The notes under the pieces were generated by a model. That model ran no database searches, was not told where the DNA came from, and worked only from the letters and a program-made list of their open reading frames with translations. From the NCBI GenBank assembly GCA_051294905.1, contig CM119374.1, positions 9,362,001-9,426,000 of the forward strand: a stretch of 64,000 nucleotides of DNA, given 5' to 3'. Both the position numbers and the translations under genes were made by a program. This stretch comes from Botryllus schlosseri. Its lineage: Eukaryota. Shown here piece by piece: positions 56,701 to 64,000 of the stretch. Each line of letters begins with the position of its first letter. Within the stretch, counting starts at the first letter, position 1.

Positions 56701-58066
56701 GCTTAAATGCCTAGTGACATGTTTATTGTTACATGACTCATCTCAAATTTGGGTTCCGCGAAAGCGTCCGAATTATCGTAAGTGTTCCACAGGTTCAGGT
56801 TCGTAACAGCACTTCGTCAGGCCTCCCCCAAAACGTTGGTCTTGGGCCACCCATAGAGTGATAAACACAACTTCTGGGGGGCGAAGCCCCCCAGACCCCC
56901 CTCAGGCTGTACGCAGATTACCGCTACTAACCATCTATATTGGGTGTCCGTTTAGTGTCTACGATTTCTCGACAGACTGCGCTTATGCTGATACATATAG
57001 GTTTAATTGTCCATAGGCGCCTAAATGACTGGTGACGAATATTCCTGTCTTGGCAATCTGAACCTCACAAGACAAATACCACCCCGCACGGAAAAATTAT
57101 ACGCCGGTGAAGAAATACCAATATGAAATCGTGTGCGTCTTTTAGTTTAGTACGTTTATGCGATTCTGCATTTTTGATATTGCCGAGGTCACGAAATATT
57201 GCCAACGGGTCCGCCCGCCCGAAGATGTTTAATTATTATTTACGGGCCCTACAGTTCCCAAGACACCTCAGTCAGCTCTAACGGTTAATCTGATTACGCG
57301 AGCAGAGAGGACAAGAAATTGATAGCAATATAGGCTACATGCAATTCCCGATCTTATTGACCGATTCTATTATGAATCCTCGAAAATTTTCGCGCTTGGC
57401 GCGTTCTCACTAAAGATTGCAACTGATTTCGTGGTAAAAGAGAACAACGTGATGAGGGGGGAGGCGGTTTATCACCCTATGGGAGCCCACGACCCAAGTA
57501 CTTTTTTCGGGCCTGACGAAGTGCTGTTTCGTTCCTGCCGACAGGTATACGCCCGGAGATCTTTAATTATTATTATTGAGTGGTCCTACCTTTTGAAACA
57601 CACCTCGCTGCCGATCGTTCTGGCACACCTCTTGGAGTCGCATGTTACATGGCCTAAAACTTTATATCTTCGTGCGTCGTGGCGCGGTAATGGCCAACGC
57701 CGATATGCCTATTTCTATAAATCTTGCGTATATTTTCTTTGGTGAAGAGTACCCAATAATTAAGATCTTTGGCAACTTGAAATCGCGCGGAGCGCAAATT
57801 TTTTTTGAAAAAGCTTCATATATTTTCAAAAAATACTCCGTAATTTATGCTAATTCACGAAATAATTTTGGGCCCCCTTCGAGCTCGCCCCACCCAATTG
57901 GGGGGTTTGGGGTGCGTCAGTTACGGTGCTGCACAGGTTAGTACAGGTTAAGAACCTCTGTTCTAAGAACATGCGAATATACATTTAATAATGCTCAGCC
58001 AGGTCAAACGGATATAGAAGGGACTGAAAATAGATTTGCCTCGACTGCGAAACTCATTACCTAGGC

Positions 58067-59212
58067 CAGGGGTTCTCAACTTCCGTTGTATAACGGGCCG
58101 CATTTTATCAGCAAAATACCCTGCGGGCCGCAAAACATTATTGTAATGTATTTGTGGACTACCAATAAATTTAGACTACTGCAGCCTATTTACCAGTCGT
58201 TTACGGGCATTTTTATGCATTATAATGCATTAATGAACAGTGTTCGTAAGTTTGCCGCTGATGGATTTGTGAGAATATGTATCTTCCAGCGGCGCAATTA
58301 TAAATCCCGTCATTGAGTCAAGTTAAAGTCGGTATATATACCATCAAACCCTTCCACCAGAGAACCGAACTCTTTGTTTCAATGAGTGAGCGAGCAAGTA
58401 TAAAATTACCTTAACTTATTCGTTGCAGAGGTTAATATCACTTTGAGCTCTCAGTGATATGAGAAGAAGTTTGGTGTTCGGGGTCATTTCTGAAGAAACC
58501 AATCAACCCTTCTCCTTTCCTTCATGGATGAAGCCCTGCACCAATAGTTACAGAAGTCAGCTTTGTCAAGTTGATGTTTTTCGCTGGTCTCCTCCCAACG
58601 TCTTCCCTACCAGCATTTACTCTGCAAATATGTCCACTCCTATAATCTACACCCAGATAATTAGCTATGCAATGTTTCGGGAGTCGGCGGATTCGTCCAA
58701 TGCTAGGCTAAAGTAATTTGCGCGGCAACGTGTTTTGGAACATGGGATTAAAGATCGACTGACATTGCTGTTACTCTGCTGGACACGGTCGAATCAGACA
58801 CCTGCAGCTTCGAAATATGGTAGGTGATGCCGTCTGTGCTGCTAAGTTCCGGAAACAGCGAATATTCGCACAGGATGTTGAAGTTTTATTGAAATACACC
58901 TTCTCTAGCAGATTTCTTGGGTTTGGCGATATTCCAAGCAATTTTGAACGATACGTATGTAACTTCGCCGGAAATTTTAACAATGTCTCGAAATATGGAT
59001 TCTATGCTTGACACCTAGTAGCTAGCAACGTTTTTTCCAAGATCAGGCGATATGTGTAACTCCAGAAGAAACTGTCGTAGTAACGTTTTGAGAGAGCCAA
59101 ATAGCTAAATTATTATGTAAAAATACTGTGCCAGTACAGAAATTGCGTACATAATGAAAGATGTCGCGGGCCGCAAAATAAACGTCTGCGGGCCGCGGGT
59201 TGAGAACCCCTG
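58067..59212 (-). mobile_element. Internally deleted Buster/Charlie hAT transposon
   Basis: TIR CAGGGGTTCTCAAC; perfect TSD ACCTAGGC. The minus strand from about 58715 reads YFSLALDESADSRNIA*LIIWV, the first catalytic Asp motif of Buster transposases. Confidence 0.92.
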
Positions 59213-59227
59213 ACCTAGGCGGTGTCA

Positions 59228-59309
59228 GCTGCGATGACCGAGTGGTTAAGGCGTTGGACTTGAAATGCAATGGGATATTCCCGCGCAGGTTCGAGCCCTG
59301 CTCTTAGCG
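59228..59309 (+). pseudogene. tRNA-Ser(TGA)-like gene, probably a pseudogene
   Basis: 82 nt, 6 differences from 62559-62640; mismatches in the acceptor (C:T), D (A:C) and anticodon (G:G) stems; A/B boxes recognisable; TTTTT terminator at 59311. Confidence 0.8.
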
Positions 59310-59605
59310 ATTTTTCAAGCATCCCGGTTACGGACGTCACTTGAAAATCATTCTCGTTCTTTTAAGAAAATTAAATTTTATTATTTTAGTGAATCACAGT
59401 AGGCCCTACTTGGCGCATGTATCACGATATCTAATATTGTGACGTGTATATTGCGTCGTTTGCCACGTCATGTCACGCCTCTATACTTTCAATTCAATAA
59501 TTCACTTCAATAATGCAATTCGAGAGCTGAGGCCTTGCCGCACCGTTCTTTCTCAGCATGGTGCTCACGCCAAAGACTTTCGCTGCTAACGAGTAGTGAC
59601 TACAC

Positions 59606-61578
59606 CAGGGGTTCTCAACCCGCGGCCCGAAGAGGTTTATTTTGCGGCCCGCGACATCTTTCATCATGGACGCAATTATTACTGACAGGGCGTTGTTAGA
59701 TATTAATTTATCTGCTTAGCTATCTTATCGCACCGTCTCTGGTTCGTTTGATTACTCATTTTTGATGTGTTCTGGTTTCTTGATATATGCTCGACCTTAG
59801 ATTTTTATTGTTTTGAATCTCTATTAGGTTGGACTATGTTTCAAGAGAATCCCGCTACGTATTACATTTTTTAAAGAGTTTTTCACTTACCGCGAATAGT
59901 TTGAACAGAAACAGAACAAGGAATGGGAAATTAAACGATGAAAACTTGGTTTGCAACTTTGCGTGGAACAATGAATTTGCTTTCCCAGATAATGATGGGA
60001 AACCGATGTGTCATATGTATCGAAAAACAGTTTTCATAATTCGTAACGAAGCGTTGAACCTTAAAATGAAACTGCGAAAGTTTCGTCTGGTGTTATAGAT
60101 ATCGCCTGATCTTGAAAAAAACGTTGCTAGCTAGGTGTCGAACTCAGCAATTCATATTTAGAGGCACTGTAAAATTGCCGACGAAGTTGCAGACACATCG
60201 TTCAAAATTGCTGGGAATATTGCTGAACCTAAGAAATCTGCTAAAGAAGGCGTGATTTCAATATAACTGTGCGCGTATTCACTGTTTCCGGAACTTAGCA
60301 GCAATTATAACACCACCTGACATATTTCGAAGCTACAGATGTCCGATTCAACCGTGACCAAAAGCAATTTCTGTCGATCTTTTATCGCATGTTCTGAAAC
60401 ACGTTGCCGTGTAGACCGCTTTAGCCTATAGCAGTGGTTCCCAACCGGGGGGAATTCCCCCCTTGGGGGTAATTTTGAAATTTTTAGGGGGGAATCTGGC
60501 TTTGGCACCGTATCGGAAGATACACTGGGTTTACAAGGTTTTCAGATTTTTATGGTATAGAACTGTTAAGTAGAAATTAGTTCTTAAGAATTGTATGTTT
60601 CTTTGGCGGATTTCAAGCTAGGTGTAGGGCTGTAGGCCTATGTTTACTGCCTTCCGTAGATATTAAACCCCATGATAAATGGAGGCTCACGAGACGATTT
60701 TGTTGGGCCCGCGACAGCCTCTCGACCAAATTACTACTAAGCAGGAAAACGTCAAGCCGAATTCAGCAAGAATGCTGCAAGTGAAATTGTTTAAAGTTTG
60801 AAGCCAACATATGAGCTAACGTGAAAAACATACCAAATTCATCGATTCAACTCAAGTCCATAGCAAGCGGACTTATTGATTTATTTCTCGTCAGCGGCTA
60901 CATGACCGGTCAAATTTAACTGTAGAGTACTTTACCAAAGTTTAGTGCGATCCGCATTCGACATCGTTCGGACATATCTGAATATGTTTGGTCATTAACT
61001 GCTCAGTCAAAAACAGGTTTCGCGTTAAAAAGCACATTTTTTCAGTCAGAGGTAACTTTTTCATAGGGGGGGAATTTTAGCTCAAATATTGGCCAAGGGG
61101 GGAACGAGACAAAAAAGGTTGGGAACCACTGGCCTATAGCATTGGACGAATTCACCGACTCCAGACATTGCATAGCTAATTATCTGGGTGCATTTTATCA
61201 GAGTGGACAATCAGGACATATTTGCAGAGGAAATGCTGGCTGGGCGAAAGTCGGAGGGTGACTAGCGAAAAAATTCAACTTGACCAAGCTAACTTATGTA
61301 ACTAATGGTGCAGGGCCCCCGCCATGGATAACGACCTCTGTAACGAAAAAGTGGCCGTAATTTTATGCTTGCTCGCTCACGCTTTGAAGCAGAGAGTTCT
61401 GTTCTCGGGCGGAAGGGTTTAAAGGTGCATATACCGGCCCTTATGCGACAGGTAAATAGGGTATAGTAGTCTTAAGTTCATTGTAGCCCACAAATACAAG
61501 GTATTAATGTTCTGCGGCCCACAGCGTCTTTTGCTGGTAAAATGCGGCCCGTTATGCAAGGGAAGTTGAGAACCTCTG
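59606..61578 (+). mobile_element. Internally deleted Buster/Charlie hAT transposon (inverted sister of 58067-59212)
   Basis: TIR CAGGGGTTCTCAAC / GTTGAGAACCTCTG; perfect TSD GACTACAC. ORF 59829-60098 contains KLNDEN...AWNNEFAF..NDGKPMC, like the Buster N-terminal zinc-finger region; the LDE motif lies just after the nested MITE. Confidence 0.92.
60432..61131. mobile_element. 700-bp Charlie-type MITE nested in 59606-61578
   Basis: TIR CAGTGGTTCCCAACC; perfect TSD GCCTATAG. Confidence 0.93.
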
Positions 61579-61622
61579 GACTACACGATCGATTGAATTT
61601 AATGTGCAGTTTGGGATATAAT

Positions 61623-62065
61623 TGGGCTTACCATACGTCCTCTTTTAAGAGGATTTGTCCTCTTTTTTGACTTTTGTGAAAGTGTCCTCGGAGGACGCCT
61701 TTTTGTCCTCTTTTTGGAGATTTTGTCCTCTTTTTTGAAAATTTAGGTCAGATTTAGAGGAAATAGCGAGTGATATGCCGCAAATTAGCGCAGAAGTGAA
61801 GCTCCGGCGGGCATTTCGGAGGGTAAAGCGGTGAATTTAGCTCTGAGCGAAAAAAAGATCTTTATTATTTTATTTTAGTCATCCACCTGGCGATGTGGAG
61901 AGAAAAACGTTATTTGACCTTTTTTTTTTTTTTTTTTTTTTTTTAGTCAACCGATGGCGAAGTGGGAAAAATTTACCGGCTTTTGAGAATTCTTCTCCAG
62001 TTTTGCATGTCTGAAATTTCTGAAAAAGTGTCCTCTTTTTACATTTCCAAAATATGGTAAGCCTA
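61623..62065. mobile_element. hAT Blackjack-like MITE containing a T25 tract
   Basis: Ends TGGGCTTACCATA / TATGGTAAGCCTA; TGTCCTC subterminal motifs; TSD GATATAAT vs GAAATAAT. Fragments of similar ends near 12240, 41800 and 52020. Confidence 0.8.
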
Positions 62066-62558
62066 GAAATAATAATCTGTTACCGCATTACTGGGTATAT
62101 ATCGCATGTTATAGCTCCAGCTTTGGCAATGCCTAGATCACTTACTCGTGACGTACTTGGAAATAACTAGTTCTGCTAGTACTGTAATTGGAATATGAAT
62201 TGGAATTTACGACGTTACTTCTTCTTCAATACTCAAGTATACGTAAGATGACTGATTTGACCCCTTTGATAACCATTAGAGAAAGCGGTGTAGGCCTACA
62301 CAAAGTCTTACTCTGGGAGCTACGGTCGAGGTGGTGCGTGGGACGTACCGTGATAGCTATTTATATATACTGCGACAACCACATCACAACAAGTAGAAGA
62401 CATATGACGATAAAATAAATTGACCGGCGCGGCATGGCCGTAATCGCCAGCTTGCACATGCCGTTTTCTACATGCTGCTTTTCTTGCAAATTTCCCAGGT
62501 GGTAGTTACTTTGGTATAATTCCTTGTATCAAGCGGTTTGATGTTGGCTGCCAGTGTG

Positions 62559-62640
62559 GCTGCGATGGCCGAGTGGTTAAGGCGTTGGACTCGAAATCCA
62601 ATGGGATATTCCCGCGCAGGTTCGAACCCTGCTCGCAGCG
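62559..62640 (+). tRNA. tRNA-Ser(CGA), intact, no intron
   Basis: GCTGCGA/TCGCAGC acceptor stem; TTGGA-CTCGAAA-TCCAA anticodon arm; long variable arm; GGTTCGAACC T-arm; discriminator G. Confidence 0.97.
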
Positions 62641-64000
62641 GGTGGCTCATGCGTGTCCACTGTCCATGAGCGGTGATTTTGATTTCGATATCACTAGATG
62701 TCATCCTGGTAATGGCGATGAATGTTTTATTATTCCGTTAGCATAATTCGAACTGATACCATACTATCTAAAACTGATATCTTGGTAGCCTGAAACAACT
62801 TTATTACGTCCACTTCAATTGAGCAAGGCTATCCCCAGTACGCGAGCGTTTTGATTTGTGATCAACGACCTGTCTATCGACTAGTAAGAACTATCGGTAT
62901 AGTTTTGTGTGCAATCTTTGAAACCATATTCTGCTATAGTACCACGCAATATAAATCACCTGGTTGATCAAATGATTTCCCCATATAAAAGGCGTGAAAA
63001 TATCATCAAACACTACATTCTGTCGACAGAACCTAAAATGCAAATTGCAAAGGACCACCTCCGACTGAATTTATTACTTTTTAGGTACAATAATGCAATA
63101 TTAATAGACAGGAAAATTTGGCGGTACAATACACTATCGCAGTAGCTCTCAATCGGTGTTCCACGGAACACTAGGGGTTGCATGAACCAATCCCAGGGAT
63201 TCCGTGGAGGTCAAGATACACACTCAACTCATGAAAGCATGGTCTCGGTCATCAGTGGTTGCAGGCAATTACACAGGATCAGAAGTCGAGTTGTGACGCC
63301 AGTGGTGGTAGGCCTACACCGTGTACAGTGGCGTATACAGGAGAGGTTGTATTTTGAAATCGAAACAGTCACACATGCCAATTTTTTCTCCATCTATAAG
63401 CTTATTTGTAATTAGCCAATTGATGCCACATTTCTGAACTGTTGAATGGGAACAGAGAAAGTCACACTGATTGTCCATAAATATCCATTATCATGTTTTC
63501 GTTCGGTGTGGAAATAATATTTTTAATGTTTTGTTCTTTTAACACTCCTTTAAGGCACGCAGCTCGTTTTATGCACTGCATAGCATCGTGTCACCTGTCT
63601 ATTTAGATGTTTATTTTGAGCATTTTTGTTTTCATCGAAAATTTCAGGCTCCTCGAAAGCTTGCGAATTATAGTTCTACAGGTTAGTAAAGAACCAATGT
63701 TCTATATCAGTGTTTCCCAAACTGTTTATGGTGTCGACCACAAACTTCGATTTGAAAATGTTGCACGACCCAAACTCGCAATTCGACTTGCTGCAGGTTA
63801 CTATAAATGGTTAGCACCTTCGCCCAAACCGATACTCACGGCTTGTGCGCGATTCTGGCGAGTATCTGCGCAGTAACAGCAATTATGAACACGCCAACCT
63901 CCGTCGTTAGATTACGAAACTCAATCAAGACTATAGCAACGTATCTATATCAGTTGTTAGGCCTTCCCGAGCGTGTGTTTAAGTATTATACTGTTAACGC

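Overview
AT-rich, intron-containing eukaryotic DNA. An invertebrate chordate such as an ascidian is my inference from gene content; it is not proven. There are no prokaryotic-style operons or CRISPR arrays, and most ORF-track entries are spurious. I could reconstruct three genes by hand. (1) A 4-exon collectin-like gene on the minus strand (7224-12960, about 258 aa) with a signal peptide, an N-terminal Cys, 8 Gly-X-Y triplets containing a perfect MASP-docking motif (PGKMGP), a coiled-coil neck, and a C-type lectin domain (CTLD) lacking the canonical Ca2+/sugar motifs. (2) A 5'-truncated paralogue of that gene with a premature stop (21588-23688, minus strand). (3) A 13-exon, strongly divergent PDK1/PDPK1-like kinase-PH gene (29952-55423, plus strand, about 455 aa). 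It keeps the catalytic core and the PH lipid-binding residues but has an acidified Gly-loop, no Ser241-equivalent site and a remodelled PIF pocket, and it retains a U12-type intron. Also present are an intact tRNA-Ser(CGA), a decayed tRNA-Ser(TGA) copy, two tRNA-derived SINE families, and a dense, often nested set of hAT-derived elements, most with readable 8-bp TSDs. These include a 664-bp near-perfect foldback, a self-nested inverted pair, and a head-to-head Buster pair flanking the tRNA pseudogene. All annotation is by eye. No database search was possible, and human PDK1 residue numbers are from memory.
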